Positions 41,693 through 50,634 of a stretch of DNA of 64,000 nt are shown here, in pieces (the first letter of the stretch is position 1; every line of letters starts with the position of its first letter). The position numbers were made by a program, and so were the translations under genes. This DNA comes from an uncultured cyanobacterium (GTDB taxonomy: Bacteria > Cyanobacteriota > Cyanobacteriia > Cyanobacteriales > Nostocaceae), in NCBI GenBank assembly GCA_963706595.1, contig OY970166.1:1034117-1098116 (forward strand). The letters run 5' to 3'. The notes below the pieces were generated by a model. The model ran no database searches. It worked only from the letters and a program-made list of their open reading frames with translations, and was not told where the DNA came from.

Positions 41693-42925
41693 ATGCGGCA
41701 ACCAGTTCACGGCGGAAATTTAGTTTGGGCAGCAGCACTAGCTGGTTGTCCACCTGAAGCTATTGTGGATTTTTCTGCCAGCATCAGTCCCTTGGGTCCA
41801 CCTAATAGTGCGATCGCAGCTATTTATTCTCAAGTTGGTAATCTTAAACACTATCCTGACCCAGCTTACAGTGACCTAAGACTAGCTCTGGGTCGCTTTC
41901 ATCAACTACCTCCTGAGTGGATTCTGCCGGGGAATGGTTCAGCAGAATTACTGACTTTAGCAGGTAGAGAATTAGCAAATTTAACCGCAACAACCTTAAT
42001 TACTCCAGCCTTTAGCGATTATTACCGCACCCTCACGGCATATAACGCTAAAATTCTGGAGTTTCCCCTTTCTTTGGAATGGGGAGTGGGGAGTGGGGAG
42101 TGGGGAGAAGAGGAACGGGTGCAGGGGGCAGGGGGCAGGGGAGAAGAAGAATGGTTGTTAAGTAACCAGAACTTTAAAATAATTTCTAACTCCCCCTTAC
42201 TCCCTGCTCCCTGCTCCCCTGCTTCTTCTGGGGTGGGGAGAAATTCTTCTTCTTCTTCCTCATCTGCGTTATCTGCATTTGCCAGTTCGGGATTATTGCT
42301 GAATAATCCCCACAACCCCACGGGGAAGTTATTCTCACGAGAGGCAATTTTGCCTTATTTGGAGCAGTACGCCTTGGTGGTGGTGGATGAGGCGTTTATG
42401 GATTTTGTGCCTCCTGATGCGGAACAAAGCCTGATAGGGGTGGTGCAGGAATATCCAAATTTAGTAGTATTGCGATCGCTCACCAAATTTTACAGTCTAC
42501 CAGGACTGAGATTAGGATATGCGATCGCACACCCTGAGCGTCTTTCTCTATGGCAATCATGGCGTGACCCCTGGCCTGTCAACACCCTGGCGGCGGCCGC
42601 AGCAGTTGCAGCCGTCCAAGACCAAGAGTTTCAAGAACTCACCTGGAAATGGCTCCCACTGGCAAGAAACCAACTTTTCCAAGGTTTAGCCTCAATTCCC
42701 GGTTTACAGCCTCTAGAAGGCGCTGCTAACTTCTTACTGGTGAAATCACAGCAATCGGTTTTGCAGTTACAAAAAAAATTACTCCAGCATCACCAAATTT
42801 TAATTCGTGATTGCCTGAGTTTTCAAGAATTAGGCGATCGCTTTTTCCGGGTTGCTGTCCGTTCCCAGTCAGATAATGAACGCTTATTAACAGCATTATC
42901 TTCAACCTTGATTGATGACGAGTAA
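41693..42925 (+). CDS. cobD: threonine-phosphate decarboxylase-like class I/II aminotransferase (CobD), carrying an in-frame repeat-element insert
   Basis: HGGN N-terminus, NNPHNPTG, and SLTKFYSLPGLRLGY with the PLP lysine. About 50 codons (42081-42233) are a MITE copy. Confidence 0.75.
   Translation: MRQPVHGGNLVWAAALAGCPPEAIVDFSASISPLGPPNSAIAAIYSQVGNLKHYPDPAYSDLRLALGRFHQLPPEWILPGNGSAELLTLAGRELANLTATTLITPAFSDYYRTLTAYNAKILEFPLSLEWGVGSGEWGEEERVQGAGGRGEEEWLLSNQNFKIISNSPLLPAPCSPASSGVGRNSSSSSSSALSAFASSGLLLNNPHNPTGKLFSREAILPYLEQYALVVVDEAFMDFVPPDAEQSLIGVVQEYPNLVVLRSLTKFYSLPGLRLGYAIAHPERLSLWQSWRDPWPVNTLAAAAAVAAVQDQEFQELTWKWLPLARNQLFQGLASIPGLQPLEGAANFLLVKSQQSVLQLQKKLLQHHQILIRDCLSFQELGDRFFRVAVRSQSDNERLLTALSSTLIDDE
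42081..42233 (+). mobile_element. palindromic G/C-rich MITE (family P) inside the cobD coding sequence
   Basis: GGGGAGTGGGGAGAAGAGGAACGGG...loop GGTTGTTAAGTAACC.GAA.TTTAAA.TAATTTCTAACTCC...CCCTGCTTCTTCT. A near-identical intergenic copy is at 62446-62584. Confidence 0.8.
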
Positions 42926-42976
42926 AAACTTCAGCCCTTTCGAGAGGACTAAAGTCCTCACTACAAACTTGGACTA

Positions 42977-44431
42977 ATGACGATTGATTACGACTTAGTA
43001 ATTATTGGTGGTACTCTAGCCGGACGTTATGCAGCCCTAGTTGCAACCCAACTCAAAGCTACTGTGGCTTTAGTAGAGTCTCAAGTAAATTATGAATTTA
43101 GTCAACAGCAAGCATTGAGCGAAATCGCCAAAATCGTTCATAACATGAATGATGTCGCTGGTTTGGGAATTCACACCAGACAAGCTGATACTGCCGACAA
43201 ATGTCAAGCATCCGTGACATGGACAGAAGCCAAGCGGTATACTCAAGGCGTTGTGTCCAATATCCAAGAACAGCACTCTCTCGCTAATTTAGCTGCCCTT
43301 GGTGTCGATGTGATTCTTGGCAGTGGTCAATTTCAATCTTTACCCCATTTAGTCTTTGCTGTCAATCAACGCCTGCTACGGGGGCGGACTTATTTATTAG
43401 CTAGTGGTTCTGTGCGAGGCGTTCCAGATATTGAAGGATTACAAACCACAGGCTACTTAACTTTATCTGATATTTGGCGATCGCTCAAGCAAGCAACTTT
43501 ACCCCAAAATTGGGTAATTATTGGCGGTGTTCCCCAAAGTATTGAAGTAGCTCAAACCTTGGCGCGGTTGGGTTGTAATGTAACTTTAGCAGTCAAATCT
43601 GCATCTATTCTGCCCTATGCTGACCCAGAAATCGCCCATTTGCTGCAAGCACAGTTAGAAGTGGATGGTGTGCGTGTTCTCACTCAGAAACCAGTAACTC
43701 AAGTAAAATTAATTGAGGGTAAAAAGTGGGTTCAAGCCGGAGATAAGGCCATTGAAACTGATGAGATTTTAGTAGCAACTGACCAACAACCAAACGTTGA
43801 GTTTCTCAATTTGGCGGCTGTGGGCGTAAAATGGCGGCAGCGTCGCTTACTTGTCAATGATAAATTACAAACCACAAACCACCGCATTTATGCCTGTGGT
43901 GATGTGATTGGTGGTTATGATTTTACCAATGTTGCTAATTATGAAGCTAGAATTGCTGTGAAAAATGCCCTGTTTTTTCCCAGATTAAGGGTAAATTATC
44001 AATGTATACCTTGGGGGCTAAATTCTCATCCCAGGTTGGCGGAAGTGGGTTTGACTGAAGCGCAAGCAAAACGCCAATTTAAACCAAATGAAGTTTTAGT
44101 TTTGCGACAATATTATAAATCAGTTACAGCCGCGCAATTGCGGGACGAAACGACAGGTATATGTAAGTTAATTGTACTCCGCAATGGGGAAATTTTGGGT
44201 GCTTCTATATTGGGGGCAGAAGCCGGGGAATTAATTAATTTAATTGCTTTGGCGATGGCTGAAAAAATTTCGGTTAAACAGTTAGCAAATTTAGCTGCTG
44301 TCTATCCCAGTTTTTCAGAAATTATCGAAAATACAGCTAGAGAGTGGGGTCAGCAAAAGTTAAATAGCAATTCTGCTTTACAAGATTTTCTGGAAGGATT
44401 TTTTCATTTTCGCCGTGACTGGAATTTGTAA
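42977..44431 (+). CDS. pyridine nucleotide-disulfide oxidoreductase family flavoprotein (LpdA/MerA-like)
   Basis: GGTLAG FAD fingerprint, a second dinucleotide fold IIGGVPQSIE, and a C-terminal dimerisation domain. No CxxxxC is present after the FAD motif. Confidence 0.75.
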   Translation: MTIDYDLVIIGGTLAGRYAALVATQLKATVALVESQVNYEFSQQQALSEIAKIVHNMNDVAGLGIHTRQADTADKCQASVTWTEAKRYTQGVVSNIQEQHSLANLAALGVDVILGSGQFQSLPHLVFAVNQRLLRGRTYLLASGSVRGVPDIEGLQTTGYLTLSDIWRSLKQATLPQNWVIIGGVPQSIEVAQTLARLGCNVTLAVKSASILPYADPEIAHLLQAQLEVDGVRVLTQKPVTQVKLIEGKKWVQAGDKAIETDEILVATDQQPNVEFLNLAAVGVKWRQRRLLVNDKLQTTNHRIYACGDVIGGYDFTNVANYEARIAVKNALFFPRLRVNYQCIPWGLNSHPRLAEVGLTEAQAKRQFKPNEVLVLRQYYKSVTAAQLRDETTGICKLIVLRNGEILGASILGAEAGELINLIALAMAEKISVKQLANLAAVYPSFSEIIENTAREWGQQKLNSNSALQDFLEGFFHFRRDWNL

Positions 44432-44461
44432 TAAAAGAACGCTAGAACTGTTTACTAAATG

Positions 44462-45487
44462 CTAACGCATATTTTTTACAAGTAATAATTTTCTAGCTTT
44501 GTACATCCAAAAAAACATCGACAAAAATAGAATCAATGCAAATATAGCCGTATAAATTACAGGCAATGTGAGAGGAACCAGTAAAAGTGAACTCACCAAC
44601 TCTACAAAGATTAAACTGACGAGTACCAAAATAACTGTTGTGCGATTTAATAAAGTGCATAAAATTGCACCCAATGGCGCACCAACCACAACTACTGGGA
44701 CTGCTGCCAACCAATAATTACTAACAGGTTCGACAAAATTTCCTAAAATAAATTTGTGCAGGAAAAAACCTACAGCAGTGTTGATTGCCATTAAAATTAC
44801 TGAGTTGGGAGTACTCACTTTTTCACAAACCCCAAACAATAATACCATTACAGAAAAAGCAAAAATATCCATTCCACTCCCTACTAAACCGCTAATCATT
44901 CCCCCGATTATTCCCACACAAAAAGAAACATTTCGTTCCCATTTTCCCCATGATTTTATAACTAAGTTGGGCTGACTTATACTACGATTTAAAAGTAATA
45001 AAATTATCGCAAAACTGCTAATCATAATTGTAAAACAAATCTTGATTACATTCGAGGGGATCATGGGAGCTAAAAAAACTGAGCTAATAATAATTCCTGG
45101 AACACCTCCCAGACTTACCCAACGAATAAATTTCCATTCTAAGGGAGTACCCATTGCCACAATAGTTAAGGATGCAGACCCCATACCAATAGTTTGAATA
45201 GCAAGGGAAAAAACTCTAGCTTCATGTGCAGGAACTTGCAACACTTTAGTCAGAACTGGAAAGGCTACTGCCCCCCCACCCATACTTGTACCACCAGCAA
45301 TCATTGAACCAAAGACCATAGTTACAGCGATTTTCCAGTGTTCAATCATATTAGATATTGCTGAACTAGGACCAACACCGATTAACCAGACTGTCCATAC
45401 AGTGAAAGCGACTAGAGTACTCACACGAATCAAAGGACGAGAACACCAAATCTTAGTAACTAAAGAAAAAAAGTTGTGGCTCTTCAT
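44462..45487 (-). CDS. TauE/SafE (DUF81) family membrane transporter
   Basis: Polytopic membrane protein with two-fold symmetry and GGGAVAFPVL-type motifs. Confidence 0.6.
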   Translation of the reverse strand: MKSHNFFSLVTKIWCSRPLIRVSTLVAFTVWTVWLIGVGPSSAISNMIEHWKIAVTMVFGSMIAGGTSMGGGAVAFPVLTKVLQVPAHEARVFSLAIQTIGMGSASLTIVAMGTPLEWKFIRWVSLGGVPGIIISSVFLAPMIPSNVIKICFTIMISSFAIILLLLNRSISQPNLVIKSWGKWERNVSFCVGIIGGMISGLVGSGMDIFAFSVMVLLFGVCEKVSTPNSVILMAINTAVGFFLHKFILGNFVEPVSNYWLAAVPVVVVGAPLGAILCTLLNRTTVILVLVSLIFVELVSSLLLVPLTLPVIYTAIFALILFLSMFFWMYKARKLLLVKNMR

Positions 45488-45564
45488 ACAGTTGTAAATT
45501 TGTACTTATATGAATTTACTCGTTTTTTCTATAAATTCAATACAGCAATTTCCAATTATATAAG

Positions 45565-45642
45565 GTACTCTTAGCCCCCTCATCGCTTGCGGGGAGGGGG
45601 TTGGGGGTGGGGTTCTTGTACCTCATAACACCGGGAAGTGCT
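45565..45642 (-). repeat. dispersed hairpin repeat, family A, extended form
   Basis: Near-identical to 16637-16710. Confidence 0.85.
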
Positions 45643-45685
45643 ATAAAATAACCCTCTTTTATAACTCTGAAAAAATAAAATATTC

Positions 45686-45758
45686 GTAGGTTGGGTTGAC
45701 GTAAGGAAACCCAACATCATTGGTCGCGTTGGGTTGCGCTGCGCTTAACCCAACCTAC
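45686..45758 (-). mobile_element. 73-bp MITE-like element, family G (inverted copy)
   Basis: Its reverse complement matches 47942-48014 with a few mismatches. It is followed by an IS630-MITE end remnant at 45760-45795. Confidence 0.75.
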
Positions 45759-45879
45759 GTCTAATACACTACTTTAAGTTTGCCACGCCAGTAGAGTAAC
45801 GCCACAATCCCTGGTTGTGTTGCAATACTACTTCGGTTAAGGGACTTCCAAGAAATAAGATACCCAAGTTTAATGCCTT

Positions 45880-47649
45880 TTATTTAGGTCGCTCACCATT
45901 GCGTTTAAAATTCTTTTCTGTTAGGGATACACTGCCAATTCCTTGCAGGATACCACGACCGATTAAACCTAAACCTCGACCAACTATTTTTGTGAGTAGG
46001 AAAACAATACCGCTACCGACAATAGCTAATAAAGATTTTAACCGGGGTGCGATCGCATCACGAAATTCTAGTGTTAATGTGACTAATAGGGGAATACCAG
46101 AAAGTTTTGCTAATTCCTGACCACGGGGAGCATAAAGTGAAGTTTTGGCAATACCGCGCGGTGCTAATACAAATAGCTCATAGCTACTTTCAAACATAGC
46201 TTTCGGCTCATTAATATACTTGTTTAAACGATATTTCCATGACAACTCATTACGAAAGCGTTCTATTTCTCTTGTGGAAATTAATCTGCGGTCATAATAA
46301 TTTTGTTTGATTTCTTCCACATCTGCTAAAGAGTTGAGTAATGGTTGCACTACACCATTGGCTACTTGAATTAATAGATTTTCTAAAATTATTAATGCTT
46401 GAGATTTAGCCTCAGAACTCCCGGCTGAGTAGCAAGTATTATCAATGTGTAAATCTGTCTGAAATACCAAATAAGCAAATAATTCTACAACTAAGGGAAT
46501 TTTATTAAAAATCTCTGTTTGGATAACTCGATAATTTTGCAGCAGTAAATTAACGACTTCTATATTCTGGTTAGCTATTTGTACTCGATAAAATTTACCG
46601 AAGAAATCTGTAATTACTGCTTGCCATATATCATATAATATGCTGTCTTTAATGTCTTGCAGTTGAGCAATTGTCACTTGAGGAACAGGCAATTCATCAA
46701 GTTTTTGAGCCAGTTTTTGCAGCGTTAAATACAGTAATTCCCGTTTTTTATCTTCACGAAAAATGTCAATTTCTAAAGCTACATCTGTGACATTTTGTAA
46801 AGATAATTGCAATTTGGTAACACATAAAGAGAATAATTCAGATTGAAGCGATCGCGGGCTAAGTAGAGGCGGCGAAGTTGGTTGTTGTTCTAACTCGAAT
46901 GGCACAATAGCACTACTTAAAGACGGCTTTACAGAGAGTTGCTGAGGCGCAGAAATTGTCTGTTCCTGTTGTCTTTCCTGTGGTGAAACTAACAACCGAG
47001 TCAATAACGAACGAGCTGCTAACAGTTCCCGTCGTTGTCCAGCGAAAACGGCTCGATCTATTAATGGTAATCCAGGGATTTGTAATTGTGTCGTAACTTC
47101 GGCTAAACTCGCTTCAATGTAACCAATTCCTGACAAATACCAATTTTTCCGCAGCCTAGCTAAGGGTAGACTAGGTAATGGGGTGATGGGCTGATGAGTA
47201 GTTGCTTCTACACTTCGCTGTTCAGGAAACCAATAAAAACCACCATCTGCGACTGCTTCCATAGCAGCAACTAATTGGGAAATCGGAGTACCCTTAGCAC
47301 AGTAGCCATTCACACCAGCCGCCTGAACTGCTAACAGTAATCCTGGTTCTTGCACAGAACTAAGTAGCAACACTGGTAATTGCGGGTATTGGATTTTTAG
47401 TTGTTGACAGAGTTGTAAACCTTGCTGCTGGCTGGAAATTGAGCGACCATTGCCTAATTCTAAAACTACCAAATTTACTTGGTTCGGGTCTTGTTGAGCC
47501 AATTCTGCTAATATCTGCAAAGCCGTTGTCTCTGTTTCAGCTTCCGATACCACCTCAATGTCAGGTAATGCTGACAATGCTACCCTTAGTCCTAACCGAA
47601 ATATGGGATCTTGGTCAATTAACAATAATTTTAGGGGTCTATTGCTCAT
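45880..47649 (-). CDS. response-regulator receiver domain protein with a large DUF3685/Ycf55-like C-terminal region
   Basis: N-terminus is LLLIDQDPIFRLGL...LVVLELGNG...LLLSS...CAKG, which fits the receiver fold. The ~450-aa C-terminal part matches the cyanobacterial Ycf55-like type. Confidence 0.7.
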   Translation of the reverse strand: MSNRPLKLLLIDQDPIFRLGLRVALSALPDIEVVSEAETETTALQILAELAQQDPNQVNLVVLELGNGRSISSQQQGLQLCQQLKIQYPQLPVLLLSSVQEPGLLLAVQAAGVNGYCAKGTPISQLVAAMEAVADGGFYWFPEQRSVEATTHQPITPLPSLPLARLRKNWYLSGIGYIEASLAEVTTQLQIPGLPLIDRAVFAGQRRELLAARSLLTRLLVSPQERQQEQTISAPQQLSVKPSLSSAIVPFELEQQPTSPPLLSPRSLQSELFSLCVTKLQLSLQNVTDVALEIDIFREDKKRELLYLTLQKLAQKLDELPVPQVTIAQLQDIKDSILYDIWQAVITDFFGKFYRVQIANQNIEVVNLLLQNYRVIQTEIFNKIPLVVELFAYLVFQTDLHIDNTCYSAGSSEAKSQALIILENLLIQVANGVVQPLLNSLADVEEIKQNYYDRRLISTREIERFRNELSWKYRLNKYINEPKAMFESSYELFVLAPRGIAKTSLYAPRGQELAKLSGIPLLVTLTLEFRDAIAPRLKSLLAIVGSGIVFLLTKIVGRGLGLIGRGILQGIGSVSLTEKNFKRNGERPK

Positions 47650-47810
47650 AGTATTAAGAAATACATAAGGTCTGTTTTTTTACAGTCACAAAGACTTTTG
47701 ATGCTAAACTTAGTCCCCCTCATTGTCACTTGTTTTCGCCAATTGCAAAACTTCTGTATTCAGCATTTATTTATGTTTATGTACCAAATTAGTTAGTAGT
47801 GCATTAGACG

Positions 47811-47945
47811 TAGTGGCGTGGCAAGCTTAAAATGATGCATTATATTTCTCTTGTGGAACAGGCATCTTGCCTGTTCTGGGCGGGCTAGAAGCCCACCCCA
47901 CAATATTTATGCTTATGCACTATTTTAGGCTTGTCAGTCCAGTAG
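47811..47945. mobile_element. IS630-type MITE with a different internal sequence
   Basis: Ends are GGCGTGGCAAGCTTAAAATGATGCATTA and TTATGCACTATTTTAGGCTTGTCAGTCC. A further end remnant lies at 48015-48051. Confidence 0.6.
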
Positions 47946-48014
47946 GTTGGGTTAAGCGCAACACAACCCAACGCGACCAATGATGTTGGGTTTCCTAACG
48001 TCAACCCAACCTAC
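47942..48014 (+). mobile_element. 73-bp MITE-like element, family G
   Basis: GTAGGTTGGGTTAAGCGCAACAC...GTCAACCCAACCTAC. Confidence 0.75.
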
Positions 48015-48108
48015 AATTTTTCGCCTCATTTTAAGCTTGTCACGTCAGTAGAATATTAATATTGATATGGATGATGAGGACTAAAGTCCTCACTACAAAC
48101 TTTTAAAC

Positions 48109-48558
48109 TTATGGTTTTTCTGGGGAATTGCGATAACCATAAAAGTTAATACTGTATTCTGTAATCCGTACTCCTGTTTTTTGTTCCACTTCACGGAGTA
48201 ATTCTTCTGGCAGTTCTATGTGAATATCCATAAGTTGATTAGTATCAATACAGTTGACGTGACTATGGGAATCACTGATGTTGCCGTATAAACGCCCGTC
48301 ACAGCGTTCGATACACTCAATGATGCCTTGAGTTGATAAGGCTTCTAAATTTTGATAGACAGAAGTGTGTCCAATATCTTTACCTTGCTGGCTAAGGCGG
48401 TCATAAATTTCTCTAGCAGAAAGATGTTCATTGGCTGACCACAGCAATTCTAAAATAAAGCGACGCTGGCGGCTGACGCGCATACCTAGCTGTTGACACC
48501 GTTCTAAGGCATCTTCTAGGGAACGAATGGATTTTGTCGATAGCGATTGATTTTGCAT
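48109..48558 (-). CDS. Fur family transcriptional regulator (FurC/PerR-like)
   Basis: Winged helix RFILELLWSANEHLSAREIYDRL plus HSHVNC metal-site residues. 149 aa. The closest match from memory is the Anabaena FurC type, and this subtype assignment is tentative. Confidence 0.8.
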   Translation of the reverse strand: MQNQSLSTKSIRSLEDALERCQQLGMRVSRQRRFILELLWSANEHLSAREIYDRLSQQGKDIGHTSVYQNLEALSTQGIIECIERCDGRLYGNISDSHSHVNCIDTNQLMDIHIELPEELLREVEQKTGVRITEYSINFYGYRNSPEKP

Positions 48559-48914
48559 AGTTAAATTTGTTAACTATTAAGGGGTTTTTCCCGTTTCAAT
48601 GTTGATTAATTGTTCTGATATGCAAGGATATTACATGAGTGATTTTGCCTCTACCTGTGCGGCTGTGTAATTTACAGTTTTAGGTGATTGTTAGCGTTTG
48701 CTTGATTCTACTTTCACCTTAAACAAACTCATTACAACTTTAACTTAAAATTGTGGCCAATGTCCATCTTTAGGCAGGTGTTATGTCTGCACAATTAGGC
48801 GGATACAGATATATTAGGGAGTTATATGGGGTAAATGTCGCATCAAACCCAGAAAGCTGGTAGTCTGTATTCTCGATCCTACTGTTAAGCATAAAGAAAG
48901 TACCTGCCGAATCA

Positions 48915-49394
48915 ATGACTATCACGATTACACTCGATACTGACTGCGTTAACAATCTAGATATTTCACCTGCCTTAAAGGTGATTTCGCCACTGCTGGA
49001 TGAGAACGCGACCATTGCATCTCACGAACAGCAACTAAGTTTTGATATAAAATATACCTTAGAACCTGGAGACCCCCGCGAACTTTCCGAAATTCCAGAG
49101 TTAAGGCTGTGGTTTGTGCGTTTGGATGCCAAATATCCCTGGTTGCCATTTTTACTGGATTGGAAATCTGGCGAATTTGCTCGTTATACGGCTATGCTTG
49201 TACCACACCAATTTAGTGCTAAAGAAGGTATTCAATATAACCCGGAAGCTTTAGAAATATTTCTGATGCACAAAATCTTTATTTTAGGTGATTGGTTCAA
49301 GGAACAAGGTATCCCCAGTCAGTCGCGCTTAAAGTCTATGGCGCAAATGCTCGGCTATGACTTAGATGATACCTTCTTTGAGATTTTTTCTTAA
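48915..49394 (+). CDS. CRR6-like (DUF1817) protein, putative NDH-1 NdhI maturation factor
   Basis: ELRLWFVRLDAKYPWLPFLLDWKSGEFARYTAMLVPHQ resembles the CRR6 family core. Assigned from memory of the family, not from a search. Confidence 0.5.
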   Translation: MTITITLDTDCVNNLDISPALKVISPLLDENATIASHEQQLSFDIKYTLEPGDPRELSEIPELRLWFVRLDAKYPWLPFLLDWKSGEFARYTAMLVPHQFSAKEGIQYNPEALEIFLMHKIFILGDWFKEQGIPSQSRLKSMAQMLGYDLDDTFFEIFS

Positions 49395-49410
49395 GAACCT
49401 CAGCCTTAAG

Positions 49411-49640
49411 AACCTCACCCCCAGCCCCTCTCCTTAGTAAGGAGAGGGGAGATTTTGATGCAAGTTATACCAATTCCGGTTGAATACTTACGAAACGCGA
49501 AAACCTGCCAAATCTTTGCTTTATCTCCCCTCCTCGCTTGCGGGGAGGGGTTGGGGGTGGGGTAATTCGATAACTTGTGTATACACGGTGTTTCCTGAGC
49601 AAGGAGAGGGGAGAGTTTGATAGAAGTTAAAAATCCTGCC
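49411..49640. repeat. cluster of dispersed hairpins (family B CCCCTCTCCTTAGTAAGGAGAGGGG x2 and family A x1)
   Basis: Family B units lie at about 49425-49452 and 49597-49615. A family A unit is at 49525-49563. The 75-aa ORF here is a repeat artefact. Confidence 0.8.
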
Positions 49641-49654
49641 ATGTATATACATAA

Positions 49655-50533
49655 TTATTTTTCTGAGTTTTGATCATCTAAAGTACCTTTACGGGCAAAA
49701 ATTTCGATAGCCTCACTTCTAGTTAAATTATTTTCAGATGCTAATTCTGCCAGTTTTTCCCAAGCTGTATCTGTGAGTCGCATTGACCTGAGATGTTTGG
49801 GTTCACGACCATAATCCATTTTAAATTTACCCGACGCAGTACGCTTGCGCCTGGGCGATTTCTGAAGAGTACCGGAATACTGATTGACGGTTGGCGGGTG
49901 GGGTGTTTGATTACTGGTGAGTAAGTTAATTAGATGATCAATCAGGCGATCGCGCTCCATTGGTAACAACTGGTGACTATGTAGCATATTCTGAATAATG
50001 GTGAAATGTACTAATGTCCCCATAAAAATCCGCGCCGCTACTGCTGCGTCAGTTAGTTGCAGTTCTGGATGCTCTGTAAAATATTGCGTTAGCATTTCCA
50101 AAGCAGGTTTGTGTATATTACGGACAAACTCTTGCGCCAGCAACGGGAAACGTCCAGACTCACCGATAATCACTCTGACTAAATTCAATACTTCCTGTTG
50201 TTCGGTCATCCGCACCAAAATGTTGGTTGCTAAACGGCGCAACACAGTTTGAGGTTCTCCTTCCAGGAAATGCGGGTCTTGGGGATTAAATACAGCCCGA
50301 AAATTTTCCTGGGCTAGTCGCTCAATCAGTGCAATAAATAATCTCTCTTTGTCTTGAAAGTAGCTGTAGACGGTTGTTTTGGATACTCCGGCTGCTGCTG
50401 TCACTTTATCCATTGTGGTGGCTGCATAGCCATTTGCTAAAAATTCTTGCATAGCACCAGCGAGAATCGCTTCAACTTTTTCTGGTGACAGCAAACGCTC
50501 TACCTGATTACTTTCTGTCTGTTTCTTTTTCAT
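49655..50533 (-). CDS. TetR/AcrR family regulator with a ~90-aa C-terminal extension ending in an RHH-like segment
   Basis: N-terminal HTH is TTMDKVTAAAGVSKTTVYSYFQDKERLF. The C-terminal segment RSMRLTDTAWEKLAELASENNLTRSEAIEIFAR fits a strand-helix-helix pattern. Confidence 0.8.
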   Translation of the reverse strand: MKKKQTESNQVERLLSPEKVEAILAGAMQEFLANGYAATTMDKVTAAAGVSKTTVYSYFQDKERLFIALIERLAQENFRAVFNPQDPHFLEGEPQTVLRRLATNILVRMTEQQEVLNLVRVIIGESGRFPLLAQEFVRNIHKPALEMLTQYFTEHPELQLTDAAVAARIFMGTLVHFTIIQNMLHSHQLLPMERDRLIDHLINLLTSNQTPHPPTVNQYSGTLQKSPRRKRTASGKFKMDYGREPKHLRSMRLTDTAWEKLAELASENNLTRSEAIEIFARKGTLDDQNSEK

Positions 50534-50573
50534 ATTCAGATTTCTGGACTCTTGACATTATTAGAATGTACAG

Positions 50574-50604
50574 TTTAGTTTAGTGAGATAACAACTGAAC
50601 TAAA
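50574..50604. promoter_or_regulatory. candidate TetR operator overlapping the devB promoter
   Basis: 11-nt inverted repeat TTTAGTTTAGT-N9-ACTGAACTAAA (10/11 complementary). It starts 17 nt after a TTGACA at 50552-50557, and TAGTTT at 50576-50581 is a possible -10. Confidence 0.35.
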
Positions 50605-50634
50605 TAGTTTACTTATACGTAAAAGAGGGGGCTT

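Noticed and set aside
41192-41753. ORFs 41192..41671 and 41517..41753, antisense to hupB.
   Set aside because: They overlap the strongly supported HU gene on the opposite strand and have low-complexity composition with no motifs.
48559-48914. Small ORFs in the fur-crr6 divergent spacer (an 11-aa MSDFASTCAAV and a 26-aa MSAQLGGYRYIRELYGVNVASNPESW).
   Set aside because: They have no ribosome-binding site or conservation evidence available, so they were noted only as candidates too weak to report.
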